Below, one piece after another: positions 12,803-26,563 of a stretch of DNA of 64,000 bases. Made by a program: the position numbers and the translations under genes. How positions within the stretch are numbered: the first letter of the stretch is position 1; each line of letters starts with the position of its first letter. The DNA comes from Eledone cirrhosa (lineage: Eukaryota): positions 56,048,001-56,112,000 of the forward strand of contig OZ024741.1 of the NCBI GenBank assembly GCA_964016885.1. The letters are read 5' to 3'. Below the pieces are notes generated by a model. It was not told the origin of the DNA and made no database searches. It was given only the letters and a program-made list of their open reading frames with translations.

Positions 12803-14559
12803 GCTTGTTTCTGTCAGTTGATTAGTTTTCTGTACTTGTACTTAATGAACATTTGTTTCTGTTGATTTGATTTTATACCACAAAACAGAAATATTGGTTT
12901 ATCGGTGAAAAAGTAAAGGGGAAAATAGTTATATGTTTCTGTCTGATAGGCATAGGCATGGCTGTGGTTAAGAAGACCTTTCTAAACCACAGGGTTTGGG
13001 GTTCTAACACATTGCATGGCACCTTGGGCATGTTCCATTGCAGCCTTTAACTGACCAATGCCTTTTCAGTGAACTTGGTAGGTGGAAATTGGATAGAGGA
13101 CTTTTCAGTTATACCAAAGACATGACAACCTCCCTAGTGGTGGTAAAGATTGGGAACATGTAAGCAAGATGTGGGTCCCAGCCTGTCTGAGAGGTCAGTA
13201 GCTCTGATTAAATACTGTATTGGTCAAAGAGATGACAACCTCCATTGTGTTGGTGCCACATTGAGATGTACCTGGAACACTCTGTAAAGAGTGGGAGCAT
13301 ATGTAAGCAGGATGTGGGTCCCAGCCTGAGAGGTCAGTAGCTCTGATTACGTACTGTATTGGTCTTTGATGACCAGTCCAATTCATGCTAGATGGGAAAA
13401 CGGACGTTAAATGATAATATATATTATCAACATTTTACGTCCACTTCTCCATGCATGCATGAGGCTGAATGTGAGTCTTTTCTAGCACAGCATCCCTCCA
13501 CTCATTGTCATCCTTCGTCAATCTTGTAAACTTCAGTGATTTGAGCTCTCACAACCTCTGCTAAGGCTCTTTGGCTTCCCCTTACTGCAGTTGCCTACAC
13601 ACACAAACAAACAAATATCACCAAATTTACATCCACTTTTTTTATGTTGGCATGGGTTGGACGGGACTTTTTGAGGCAAAGTTTTATGTCTGGATCTCCT
13701 TCCTGGAGCTAATGTTTTTAGTTGTTTTTTTAAGACACACAAGGATATGATATAGCTATTCTAGAAACTAGGATATGATGGGATTCAGCACAGTTTCCGT
13801 CTACCAAATTTCACTTGCAAGATTTTGGTCAACCTAAGGCAGAAAACACTTGCCCAAGGTGCCACGCAATGTAACTAAGTTTGAAACCACATGGTTGTGT
13901 AACCACACAGCTATGCATACACTTATTGCCATGCCTTGATTTCTTAATAGAAATTTGATTGTTATATAGGGTAAGACAAGTGACTGTATAGAGGCAGTCA
14001 TAAGCTAACACAATTCCTATTTTAAAGGTAGAGAGTTTGTTGAGTGAGATTTGACTGTTATGTCTAGCGTGTCAGGGGGTTTCAGAAGTTTGCAATAGGA
14101 AGGTGTAGATGGCCAGTATTTTAAATACTTCTTTCTTTTCGTGCCACACCTTGTCTAATGGTCGGCAAATATGCAATGAACAGTTATGACATAAATGTAT
14201 ATGTCAGTGTGCATGTATGTATTTTTCTATGTATGTATGTATAATATTGTTCATCAACATATTTTTTCATACACAGAGCCTTGCTACCAAATGTATGTGT
14301 GAATTTATGTATGTGTAGTTCAACATTTTTTTTTCATATGTAGTGCCTCATTAGCAAATGTTTGTATGTGTGTATGTATGATATTATTCAACGTTTTTTT
14401 CATATACAGTGCCTTGTTAGTAAAGCATTATAACAAATGGTTTCACAGGGACCACTGCATGGGGATGGGGTTGGCTTGGTCCCCGATTATATGATTAATC
14501 GGCTAAAATGTTATTGTCCATGTCAGTTATTGCTTTACTAATTAGGTCAGGGAACCACT

Positions 14560-15720
14560 TCTATCACTCTTAAATTTCAGAGCATCAGACAAAATGCTTT
14601 AGTTACTACAGCTGTCTACCTTCTGAGTTCAGATGCTGCTGAGATCAGCTTTGCCTTTCACCCTTCTAGGATGTAGGGAAGGGGTCGATATAATTGACTT
14701 TCTCCTTCCCCCAAATTACTTGCCTTGTGCCTAAATTAGAAATCATTATTATTATTATTATGCGCCATTCTGAGTTCAAATCCCACCGAGGTTAATTTTG
14801 CCTTTCATCCTTACGGGGTCGATAAAATAAAGTACCAGTAATGCACTGGGATAATTGCTGGCTTTGTGCCAAAAGTAGAAACAATTATTATGCGCCATAT
14901 ACAGAGAGGCAGATTGGCAGACATTTGGATAAATTGCCATTGCAGCATTTGTTCTGATTCTTTACATTCCAAGTTCAAATCCCAATGAAGTCACCTTTGC
15001 TTTTTACCCTTCCAGGGTAGGGATGATAAAATAAAGTACCAGTTAAGTACTGGGGTCAATATAATCTACTTTCCCCTCTCCCTAAATTGCCAGCTTTATA
15101 CGAAAATTAGAAATCATTATTATTATGGGCAGAATGAGAGGGTGGTGGATTGGCAGTATCGGAAGAGCATTGGATACTCTGCTTCGCGGCAGAAAGTTAC
15201 GGCCCTTTACGTTCTGAGTTCAACTCCCACCGAGGTTAGCTTTGCCTTTTATCCTAATGGAAAAATCGATAAAATAAAGTACTAGTAACACATGGGAGTC
15301 AATTTATTCAACTTGCCCCTTCCCCTCGAAAATTCTTGTCCTTGTGCCTAAATCAGAAACCATTATTATGGGCAAAGTAGCAGATTGGCAGAATTGTATA
15401 CATTCTGATAAAATGCCATTGTAGTATTTGTTCTGATTCTTCACATCTCGAGTAAGCTTTCCTTCAAAAATTTGCTGACCTTGTGCCAAAAATTATTTGG
15501 ATTAACAGAATCATTTGTGTCAGATAAAATTCTTTGTAGCATTTAATTACAACTTTGTATGTTCTGAGTTCAAATCGTGTCAAAGTTAACTTTGCCTTTC
15601 ACTCTTTGTGTGTGTGGGGCTAATAAAATAAAGAAACTGTTAAATACTTGCATCGATATCATTGACTTTCTCCTTCCCTCACAAACTGTTAGCCTTCTGC
15701 TAATGTTAAAAGGATTTTTG
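14560..15720 (+). mobile_element. Head-to-tail cluster of SINE family B (tRNA head, Nin/Deu-like domain, (ATT)n tail)
   Basis: About six repeats of ggattggcag...ctgagttcaaatccc...gcctttcatcc..ggggtcgataaaataaagtaccagt...cttgtgcctaaattagaaa. Confidence 0.8.
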
Positions 15721-18096
15721 ACATGATTTTATGGATAATTGTCTTTTATAACACCGACTTTTACAGAGTGTACTGGGTGCATTTTTATTGTGGCAACCAA
15801 GGCTAGAGAGTTTTCTTCCCCATATGCTAGTGTCCTTATCACTCAAGATAATCTCAATTCTTTCTTTCTAGGCAAATAAGCCACTAAATGTAAATAGAAG
15901 GAGTAGGCGTTTAAGGGTTCGAAAGAAAAAAAAATTCAATGAAATGAAGGAAGCCAAACTTTGGCAAGAAAGAACCCTGAGTGTTGTTTGTTTGTTACTA
16001 CCTGGTGAACTTTCCATTTACTAATGGTTGTGTGTTTGAAGGTGGGGATGGTGGGGGTGTCACTCTCTGTAACTGGTGTGGTGTGGGGAAAGGGTCTTGA
16101 GAGGGAGGGATTAGTGTTCTGGCATATAAGGTTTTAAGGGTCCAGTAGATAGGTCACATTGGTTTTTACAGAGTTCTTTTCATTAAAATGGTGCAACATG
16201 TACACTATATGATGTACTATTTAAAAACATGCTCACAGATACAGGTACACAAACATGGGCATACACATAAACACGTACACACAGAAGCACACACATACAC
16301 ACTTTCACACGTGTAGATATATATGTGTATATAGAATGAGACATATATATCATACATGATGCATGCAGGCTGTTCAATACAGGTTTGTTGTTGTTGTGGT
16401 TGTTGTTGCTAGGGTTTTTGTTGCTGTGGTTGTTGTTGCTGGGGTTTTGTGGTTGTTGTTGCTGGGGTTTTGTGGTTGTTGTTGCTGGGGTTTTGCTGTT
16501 GTGGTTGTTGTTGCTGTTGTTAGCCTAAGTTGATAAATATATCACAAGTTATTTTTTTTTTCCAGCCAATTATCTTGTTTTTAAATGTCACATACACACA
16601 AACACTCATGCACAAAAACTAACTGGAAGATAACCTACAGAGGTAAAAGATACAGTGCAGTGAAGATATATATTAGTTTAACTCTTGATATAATAGGAAA
16701 GGAGTCTAAATGTTTTGGACAATATTCCTTCTCCTGAATATAGAATGAGAAACAAAAAAAGAAATAGAAAGAGTGAGAAAAAAAAATTTGGGGAGAGAAA
16801 ACATATGTGCTTAGTTAGCCATTTTGAGGGATTAGAATGTATCTTAGATATTAGAGATTTTGGAAGGGAGATAATCCTTGTGTATTTTGTGTGTGCATGC
16901 ATGTGTGTGTGTTTGTGTGTGCATCAGACTCTGGAAATTTGAAACAAATTTGTCCTACATTTTGTACTAATTCACATATCCCACTTACTACCATGTGCAT
17001 GTTCATTTTGATGGGAAAAAAAGAGCATCCTATCAGATTAGCAGTATAACATGACCCCACCATATCTTACTTTTGGCTCACCGTGCCTCTTCCCCAGGAC
17101 ACAATGGCCCTTTTGAGTCCTTTCTACATTTGGCACAATACCAGCTATTTGAATGGAAAGTTGATTAAATTGACCTCAGTTATTGGTGATTTATTTTATC
17201 GGCCTTGTAAGGATGAAAGGCAAAGCTAACCTCAGTGGCATTTGAACTCAGAACAGAAAGAGCCATAACTACATGCTTGCAAAGCATACTGTCTGATGCT
17301 CTACCAATATTGCCAATCCACCTAGAAAATCCTACCTAAAAGATTGGGTAAAATACCAGCCCTTCAATAATTTAGACAGAACGTTGTTTACATCCTAGCT
17401 GTTCATATAGCTTCTAATTTAGATAGAATCTATTGTCAGGGGTTGCTTTGCTTGGTGATTAGAATACTTAGTTGGAGTTTGAGAAATATGGAGTTTGATT
17501 CTACAATTTATGGCTAAATTTGAAATTATTAGAAAATGTAAGAATACCAAGTACAGAAAAATCATTGTAACCACAGTTGGCTTAGAAAATCAGGTAAAAT
17601 ATCCCTATAGATAGATAAAAGTGGCAGCAGATATACATACATACCACCTTAATAATGAGAAAATTATATTACTAAATACCTTTGAATTCTCAATTATTTT
17701 CAAAATTATAGACAGTGTCTTTTATTAGAAATATAACAAAAAGGGCTAACTCCCACAATGCATACACATTTACACACAAGTATACAAGCACATATACATA
17801 ACAATATTTAAATTTTATTTTTATTTTAGCTTTTTTTAATTTATTTATTCTTTTGCTCTTGTATTTCTAAATTTCTCTGACTCCCTCTTTGTCCCCCCCT
17901 CCCTCCCCATCTTCACATTCCCCCTCTCTCTACCTCACATTCCCTTTCTCTCATTCACCCTCCCCCGTATATCTCTCTCTCTGGGAGAGGTTGGTTCTAT
18001 GTTTACTAAACACAGAATACAGATGTCTGTCTGTGTGTGTGTGTGGGGGGGGTCTACATGTTAAAAGGCTGTATTTGGTGTGTGTGTGTTGTAACT

Positions 18097-18430
18097 CCTA
18101 CATAATATACTGAGAAAGGTAGGGATCGATTTAGTTAACTATATACATCCTTCCTTAAATTTTCCTTATATACCATAACCCCTAAATAATATACTGAGAA
18201 AGGTAGGGATCAATTTAGTCAACTATACACATCATTCTTTAGATATCCTTCATATACCATGACCCCTACATAATATACTGAGAAGGGTAAGGATCAATTT
18301 AGTCAACTATATACATCCTTCTTTAAATTTCTCTTATATACCATAATCCCTATATAATATACCGAGAAAGTCAGGGATTGATTTAGTCAACTATACACAT
18401 CCATCCTTAAATTTCCATTATGTACCCTTC
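18097..18430. repeat. Minisatellite, ~83-bp unit x4
   Basis: ccta(c)ataatatactgagaaaggtagggatc..tttagtcaactata recurs near 18097, 18181, 18264 and 18348. Confidence 0.9.
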
Positions 18431-18796
18431 AAACTCCACATCATGTCAAACAACCTTTAGTTGGTTAGCATGGACAGGGGACAAGTGGGGTTCTAAAGCC
18501 AGCCTTGTTGTTAAGGTTTTGTCCTGCAATGAATTAAAAAGTTAGCTGAGTAGAAATATCTTTCTTCTGTAAAAAAAAAAAAATCAACCTTTTCTGTTTC
18601 CTTCTTCTTGCTATGGGCTTGGGTCATACACTGTGCTTCCCTCTTAACACACTTGGGTTGCTGTGGCTTCAGTGGAAGATTATCTTTTTGTTGTGTGTTC
18701 TATATTGTTGTCTTCTGCATGCTGTTTTATTTATTTAATTTCTTCTGTTTTATTTATTTATTATCATTATAATTATTTATTTATTTAAACAATTTT

Positions 18797-19985
18797 ATGG
18801 ATTGACAGAACCATTAGAGCGTCAGACAAAATGTCATTGAGGCATTCAGTTGTGGCCCTTTACATTCTGAGTTGAAATTCCGCCAAGGTTAGCTTTGCCT
18901 TTCATCCTTACGGGGTCGATAAAATAAAGTTACCAGTCACGCACTGGGGTCGATATAATCGACTTTCACCTCCCCCAAAATTGTAGGCCTTGTGCCTATA
19001 TAAGAAACCATTATTATTATTATTATTATTAATTTTATTTTTATTTTTTCTTCACTGATTTAAATTTTTTTTTTAATTTTAAGCTTTTTGTTGTTGTTGT
19101 TAATTTTTTGTTTTGTTTTTATTTTGTAGATTATTTTCTTATAATAGTGGTGAATTGGCAGAATCGTTAGGCTGTTGGACAAAAATACTGTTTGGTATTT
19201 GTTCTGGCTCTTTACATTCTGAGTTCAAATCCCACCGAGGTCAACTTTGCCTTTTATTCTTTTGGGGTGGGGGGACAATAAAATAAAGATATACTAGTCA
19301 TGTAAACTGATCAGTTTGATCAACTAATCCCACCCCCACAAAAATGTATGGTTATGTGTCTATGTTAGAAACAATTATGGTTTTATGGAAATGAATTAGC
19401 AGAATTTGTAGACAATCAGACAAAATACCTTGTAGTATATCTTCTGATTCTTTAAGTTCTTAGTTCTAATCCAACCAAGGTCAACACTGCTTTTCATCCC
19501 TTCTAGAAGTTTATAAAATAAAGTACCAGGACTGGAGTTATCGTTGACTTTTCCTATCTCCCCAAATTGTTGGCCTTGTGCCTAAATTAGAAAGCATTAT
19601 TATTATTATGGATCATATACAGGGCATAGGATTGCCAAAATTGGTAGAACATCAGATAGAATGCCTTTGCAGTATTTGTTCTGATTCTTTACGTTCTGAG
19701 TTCAAATCCCACCAAGGTCACTTTGCCTTTCATTCTTTTCGGGTCAATAAAATAAAGTACCAGTCAGGTACTGCGGTTGATTTCCTGACCTTGTCCCTAA
19801 AATTAGAAATTATTTGGATTGGCAGATCGCTAGAGTCAGACAAAATGCTTTGCGGCATTTTATTATGACTTTCTATATTCAGAGTTTAAATCAAATGGAG
19901 GTCAACTTTGCCTTTCATCCTTCCGAAGTCAATAAAATAAAATGCCAGTTAAATACTGGGGTGGAGGTAATCGACTTTACTACTA
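18797..19985 (+). mobile_element. SINE family B cluster
   Basis: About five copies of the same unit, all in the same orientation. Confidence 0.8.
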
Positions 19986-20519
19986 GTATGTGCATTAATC
20001 TATATAAAAAAACTGTAGAGTGAATATTTATTATTAGTACAGATTTAGAATTTAAGCAAACAATTTCTGCTTTCACCCTTTTTGGAAAAAAAGTTGAAAG
20101 CAGAAATTGTTTGCTTATACTTTTAATCTATACTAATATATAACTTGTCTTATTTTTACTTAAAATACTGAGCAAACTTTTTGGTCAACTATATAAATAT
20201 ATATATATAGATGTGCACCCAGCCCATACTGTAAAGTGGTCATGTAGGAGATATGGTACAAAGGGTCCCAGTTCACACTGTAAATGTGGTTGGTGTTAAG
20301 AAGGGCATCCAGCCGTAGAAAACCTGCCAGAAACAGTTCTGTATGAGCAAGACACAGTCACCTGACCAATCTTGACTCAAGTGGGACAAACCCGTCCAAC
20401 CCATGCTAGTGTGGAATATGGACATTAAACGATGATGTTGGTGATGATGTATGGTTGACAAAAAAGTTAGCTCAGTTTTTTAAGCAAAAAAAAAAAAGAC
20501 ACAAGTTATAAACACAAAG

Positions 20520-21002
20520 CGATTTATTCAAATTGATGTTTTCAACATTCGATTTGGATATTTGGAGAATATCTATGATCAACTAACTTGTTCATTTTGT
20601 TGCTGTTAATCTCAGTTGGCTGGCCAGAACAATGTACATCTTAAATTGAAAAATTTCCTGATTGAAATCTTGCAAACAACTTCTGTAATATATGTTCTGT
20701 AACAGCATCCTCCCCATAACTAGTGCATATCTCTCTGCAGGTTTCCGACACATTCTCGCCTTTTTTTAAATAAAAAAAGCATGAGGTGTTGATAATGTTC
20801 GTTTTGGTTCTCCATTTTCAGGATGATCCTAAGCACACAAAATAGAACCTGTCTTGTTGCAAGTTTGCGTCGAACTATGTTGAAGTGCCAGGTATCTAAT
20901 AAGTGTACATGCTCAAGAGACAGACTGAAGTTAGCTACTTATTAGTGTACTTGAAGTTTAGTGTTGACGAAAACCGAATGGAATTTTTGGCCAAAGCTGT
21001 AT
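20520..21002 (-). mobile_element. Mariner 5' remnant
   Basis: From 20815: MENQNEHYQHLMLFLFKK(frameshift)GENVSETCREICTSYGEDAV..FARFQSGNFS, like a mariner transposase N-terminus; TIR-like end near 20970-21002. Confidence 0.75.
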
Positions 21003-21031
21003 GTATATATATTTATATATATATATATATA

Positions 21032-21700
21032 TTGGCAGTTATACCTGGTGTTGTATGGGTGATGAAGAGAACGTTTTTATGAATTTTTTTACATATACAC
21101 CATAACGATGATGTCTCGGTAACACACACAGATGCGTGTGCACACACACACACACATGCACATCCACATAGAAATACGTAATATGAATATGTACATGCAT
21201 CTACATGTGAGAAAGTTTAAAGGGAGAAGGTTGAAGAAGATAGATGGCTGTTTGATTCATTGTAATTTGTTATAGTAACTAACCCCTCATAATATTATTT
21301 CCATATATCTACCTGCCTGGTAGTGAGAGAAAGTGTGCTGCTGTCATTCTGTAGAGTTTTTTCCAATATCATCTTAATTTGAACTGACACATGGTAATTC
21401 ACAACACTTTACATATCTGATTCTCACATTACAGACATTTTGTATATGCTAGGGAACCAGAGCCATCGATTATTATGGCAATATTGTTGACATAGTTTTG
21501 GAGTCCAGGTTTTGTATGCCATATATTCTAGGATACATGAACAATCATACAAACTTGGAAATTTGCATTTTGATAAATTTATGATTTGAATGAGAGAAAC
21601 CCTATAGTTTCTGTTGATTCCTGACACATGGAAGTGATTAAAAATGAAAATATTATTTTAATAATTCATTTCTAGTACATAATTGCATAAATGTTTACCA
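21032..21700 (-). mobile_element. Possible old Helitron remnant
   Basis: ggcagttatacctggtgttgtatggg resembles the reverse complement of the 3' end at 28123-28150; weak helicase-like peptide PKLCQQY..NRWL. Confidence 0.35.
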
Positions 21701-21880
21701 TGTATGTACAAATTATATTGAGGATTAAATATATGAGTAATTTTGGGGAAATAACTATTCAAAGGGTCAAGTATAGGACTAGAACCCACCACATTGTGAT
21801 TGGAAAGCAAACTTCTTATTGTAGCAACATGACTGATAGGAAATACATTGTGTGTATTTGTTTGTGCACATTTTTAAGAG

Positions 21881-22005
<125 letters not shown>

Positions 22006-22369
22006 TAGTGGAGGTATGTACATTTTGATTATTTTATTAATTTGTATTTACCGCTCTATCCGTAGTTTTTATGTGCTTTACCAGGGTAGAATTTTATCCC
22101 CTATTATCTGACATAATTTATTATGTACCTTCTCTCATTGCTGTGATGTATATATATATATATAATGTAAGTATGTATGTATACGTACATACATATATGT
22201 ATACAGACGTACAGTAGTATGTATATATATATATACATACATACACACATATATATATGCACGTCTGTATACATATATGTAGGTACATATACATACTACT
22301 TACATTTAAGTAACTGCCGTACTAAGAGTGAGAAATGAAATTTCGTTTCATTCAATTCCATTTATTTAT

Positions 22370-22724
22370 CAAAATACACCCTGCCCCACCACCCCCACCC
22401 CATCCACACCGCCCCTTTCAATGTAAAGTTATGTTGGTGCCACAACATCCAGGCCGAAACAAATGAGATCGTGTAGGTGTCACGACAAAAAAAACACACA
22501 GTCCACGCTGTAATGTGGCCGTGTAGGCAACACGGTAAAAACCTCCCAGTCCCACACTGTAAATGTGGTTGGTGTTAGGAAGGGCATCCAGCTGTAGAAA
22601 ACCCGCCAGACAGTCCTATGCGAGCCAGACAACCACTCTTGCCTCAAGTGGGAAAACTCCCGTCCAAACCCATGCAAGCGTGGAACATGGACGTTAAACG
22701 ATGATGATGATGATGATGATGATG
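22370..22724 (+). mobile_element. RTE 3' UTR fragment, tail-to-tail with the adjacent copy
   Basis: Reverse complement of the UTR at about 22726-23180; ends in (GAT)n. Confidence 0.88.
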
Positions 22725-22725
22725 A

Positions 22726-23559
22726 TCATCATCAAGGTTTAGCGTCCGTGTTCCACGCTTGCATGGGTTTGGACGGGGGTTTTCCCACTTGAGGCAAGAG
22801 TGTTGTCTTGCTCGCATAGGACTGTCTGGCGGGTTTTCTACAGCTGGATGCCCTTCCTAACACCAACCACATTTACAGTGTGGGGCTGGGAGGTTTTTAC
22901 CGTGTTGCCTACACGGCCACATTACAGCGTGGACTGTCTGGCGGGTTTTCTACAGCTGGATGCCCTTCCTAACACCAACCACATTTACAGTGTGGGGCTG
23001 GGAGGTTTTTACCGTGTTGCCTACACGGTCACATTTACAGCGTGGACTGTGTGTTTTTTTGTCGTGACACCTACACGATCTCATTTGTTTCGGCCTAGAT
23101 GTTGTGGCACCAACATAACTTTACATTGAAAGGGGCGGTGTGGATGGGGTGGGGTGGGTGGGACGGGGGTGTGTTTTGATAGAGATGCCTACTGACTGTA
23201 GTAGGTTTTTACTTTGTATTTAGGTAAGGCGGGTCTTCTCTATTACTGAGTACCGCCAAAGGTCTCGGTCCAGTGACATTGTCTTGGAGAGGTGTAAGCG
23301 TGTGAGGTCGGAATTTATCATGTCGTCCCAGGTTTTTCTGGGTCTGCCTACTCCGTGGCTACCGTCTATCTTTATTGCCCTGCACTTTGTTATACAGCTG
23401 TCGTCTTTCATGCGCATCACGTGACCGTACCAACGTAGCCTTCTCTCGAGTAAACAACATCTGATCCCTCTTATTTCTAATTTTTTCCTTAGTTCATTTA
23501 TGCTTAGCCGTTCACGTATATTACTATTGCACATCCAGCGGAGCATGCAAGCTTCGTTC

Positions 23560-23562
<3 letters not shown>
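22726..23562 (-). mobile_element. RTE 3' fragment, same subfamily as 56096-58307, with a ~110-bp internal tandem duplication
   Basis: ORF 23220..23546 closely matches the C-terminus of ORF 56487..58427; same 3' UTR. Confidence 0.9.
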
Positions 23563-23602
<40 letters not shown>

Positions 23603-23744
23603 CATGATATATTATTGGTTTGAGGATTAAGTGTTGGATTAGCAAAATTCATAGAGCATGAGATAAAATACCATTGCAATATTTGTTCTGTCTAGTTATA
23701 GTTTTTCTAGTGTTGACTTTTTGACAGTTGCAGTGATTTCTGTA

Positions 23745-24100
23745 TATATAGAAATACACACATATGTGCATGTATATGTATATTCATACATTTATGATGC
23801 ATTTATATACATGTGTGCATGTATATATGTATATAGATATATGTGCATGTGTGTGTCTGTATATACATATATACACATGTGCATGTTTGTATGTATATAC
23901 ACATATGTGCATTTCTGTGCATGTATATATGTATACACATGTGCATGTATATATTAATTTGTGCATGTCTGTGTGCAAGCCCATATATATATCTATGTAT
24001 AGACATTTATATGTATTTGTGTTAATACAAATATATTTGTAAGCATGTCTCTTTACATATATGTACAAATATATGTAGACATGCACGTGTGTGTGTGTGT
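23745..24100. repeat. Degenerate (ATGT/AT)n low-complexity tract; similar tract at 35150-35365
   Basis: Direct reading. Confidence 0.9.
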
Positions 24101-26324
24101 GGATGGATTTATGTATAAAACTTAATCTTTATTATCTATACTAGCAGAAAAACCTTTCAGGTGGTTTTCTGCTAGCATGTGTAGTGTACATATTGATATT
24201 ATACACAAATATATATATGCATGTAGATATGATACATCAAATAAAATTGTAATTGACAATATGCACAGAAATTGAAGAGAGACTGTATTACAGTGTCTTC
24301 TGTAATCAGTAAAGTAATCCATGATACATTTAAAAAAGACGATATTACATATAAACTGCATTACAGTGAAATGTAATGAAAATAAAAAAAGGAGAAAATT
24401 AACAACAGAAATATAAACTTTATGATATAACGATGCAAATATATGAACGTTTATATAAACGATATGATATAGAGTACATGATATCATAACCGGAAGTATT
24501 GACATTTGAAAATTTTAAAAGAAGTGAATCTTAAAATAAGAAATCATTATATATAAGAATATTTATGTTTAATCAACAGCTACAAAATTTAGTACATAAA
24601 TTATGTAATATTCATTCATTCAAAGTAATCCAACTCATTTTACTAATGGAATAAAAAAAATATATTCAGGACACAGTCCTGCCCTGCTCCCTTTATTATA
24701 TTATGATAATATGAATATATATTTAACGAGGCTAATGTATATATATGTGTATACATACATATATCTGTACATATTTAGCAAATCTTCATATTTAAAATTT
24801 TTCGATGATTTGTAAACTTCACCACCCTCCCTTTCTTGCTCTTTCTCATGTCAGTTATATAGGGTCATTCAGAGTCCAGTCTTGATATCTCCCTCCACCT
24901 CGGTCCTTGCCATGTTACTTATAAGAAGTTCTATAAGAGCATTAAAATTACCATATTTGATGGTCTCATAAAGCTATTTGTTGTGTATTTTTCTGTGGAG
25001 TGAGAGATGTGTACATGGTCTCCAATTAAGCTTTTCATTGCCATATTTCTAATGAAATACACTACCTTTGTGTTTCAATTAATAGCAGAAGATAAGCATT
25101 TGACTCTTTTGATACCAAACTGCCTAAAACAGTCCCCGAATCTACAATATAAAACTTTTTTTACTGCTTAATCCTTGCATTAGCATATTTCAAATAAAAT
25201 GCTCTGCTCATGTCTTTCATTTAATTTTTAATATAACCCCAAATTTGGAGAAATTTAATAAAATAGTTTTTTATTAGTGAGCTGAAATTTAGAACATTAC
25301 TGAACAAAAGTTTTTAAAATAAAATTGTGATGAAAGGTTTTCATATAAGAATAAACATTTTTTAAATGAGCATGTTTTGTATCATATATCCAGAGCAATC
25401 TCAAGCAGTAATATCAAAAGGCGTAATGTAGAAACACCAGTCCGATCACTTTTGGTCTGTAGAGGAATAGATAGAAAAGACATGTTTACACATGTCATTC
25501 TATTTCTTTACACATTTATACAGCTTTGGTTAAACCATGTCCCATTGTCTCTGTACTGATATGTTTTTGTCCAGCAGCTTGGTGTTTCTGTCTTGTTGCT
25601 TGTTCTTTCTGTCTTGTTGCTTGTTCTCTTGCTTTGAACTCGGTGTGGCCATATTGGTAAAGCTTGCTTTTCAATTATTAGGTTTCAGCTTTGATTCCAC
25701 TGTCTGGTATCTTAGGAAAGTGTTGTTTACCATAGCCTCCGAATGAAATTGGATAGAAGGAAAAACTGTTTGAAAGTCTGTTGGATGAACTGTTCCTGTA
25801 ATTCAAAGGTCAGCCTTGTCATGCGCTGTCATATTGAATCTTGCTATGTATCATTTTACGGGTACACGTGTCGGGAATGCTCAGCCACTTAAACATTAAT
25901 TTCAGGAGCAGACTCTTCTGTTTATTGAACAACTGGAATGCTCATTGTTGAAACCAATGGAAGTTCACTGTCTCTTGTTTAGTTAAACAAGTCTATTGGG
26001 ATTGTCAGGACTTTGTCTGAAAGTTCAGTGTTAACTGTGATCTCGTTAGTTAACTATGGCTATTGGAGAGGTGAGAGCTGTATATCATTGTCATACTTAT
26101 TTTACAGCCAAATTGACTGAACCTCATTGAGGGATGTGTTGTCCTCATCCCTGGAACACCCTTGCTAGCAGGGAAAGTAGATGTTAAATGATGATAACAG
26201 TTGTCTGAGTTTGAATTGTAATTATGAAAGAATGAGCCCTTAATATGTAAAGAGATATTTTATATTACTGAAAATATTTGGCAACTAAGCATATGTATTT
26301 ATTGGTTCTTAGTTTCATGATGGT

Positions 26325-26368
<44 letters not shown>

Positions 26369-26496
26369 GTAGGAGGTGAGTTTTATTGTAGTACAATAAA
26401 GCAATGCAGATATCGGATAAGAAGCACTCTACAGGTTGTAGGACTGGAGTATACATAATATATAAGAACAAAAGATGGTTAAAAGAGTTCCATGTA

Positions 26497-26563
26497 TTTT
26501 ATTATGCGCATTTCAAAAACAAATATCATCATGCAATAATATTTGTGTTTTCATCAGATAAAA
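26497..26563 (-). ncRNA. Type I hammerhead ribozyme motif with palindromic stem III
   Basis: Minus strand: ttttat-CTGATGA-aaacacaaatat..atatttgttttt-GAAA-tgcgca-TA-ataaaa; 11 of 12 stem II pairs, palindrome ATGCGCAT, AUA site. Confidence 0.78.

Noticed and set aside
18097-18430. CRISPR-like array
   Set aside because: Whole units repeat with no unique spacers; eukaryotic context
23721-24086. Many ORFs rich in Y/I/C/V/H/T (also 11578-11934, 34994-35843, 36288-36599)
   Set aside because: Translations of microsatellites and low-complexity tracts
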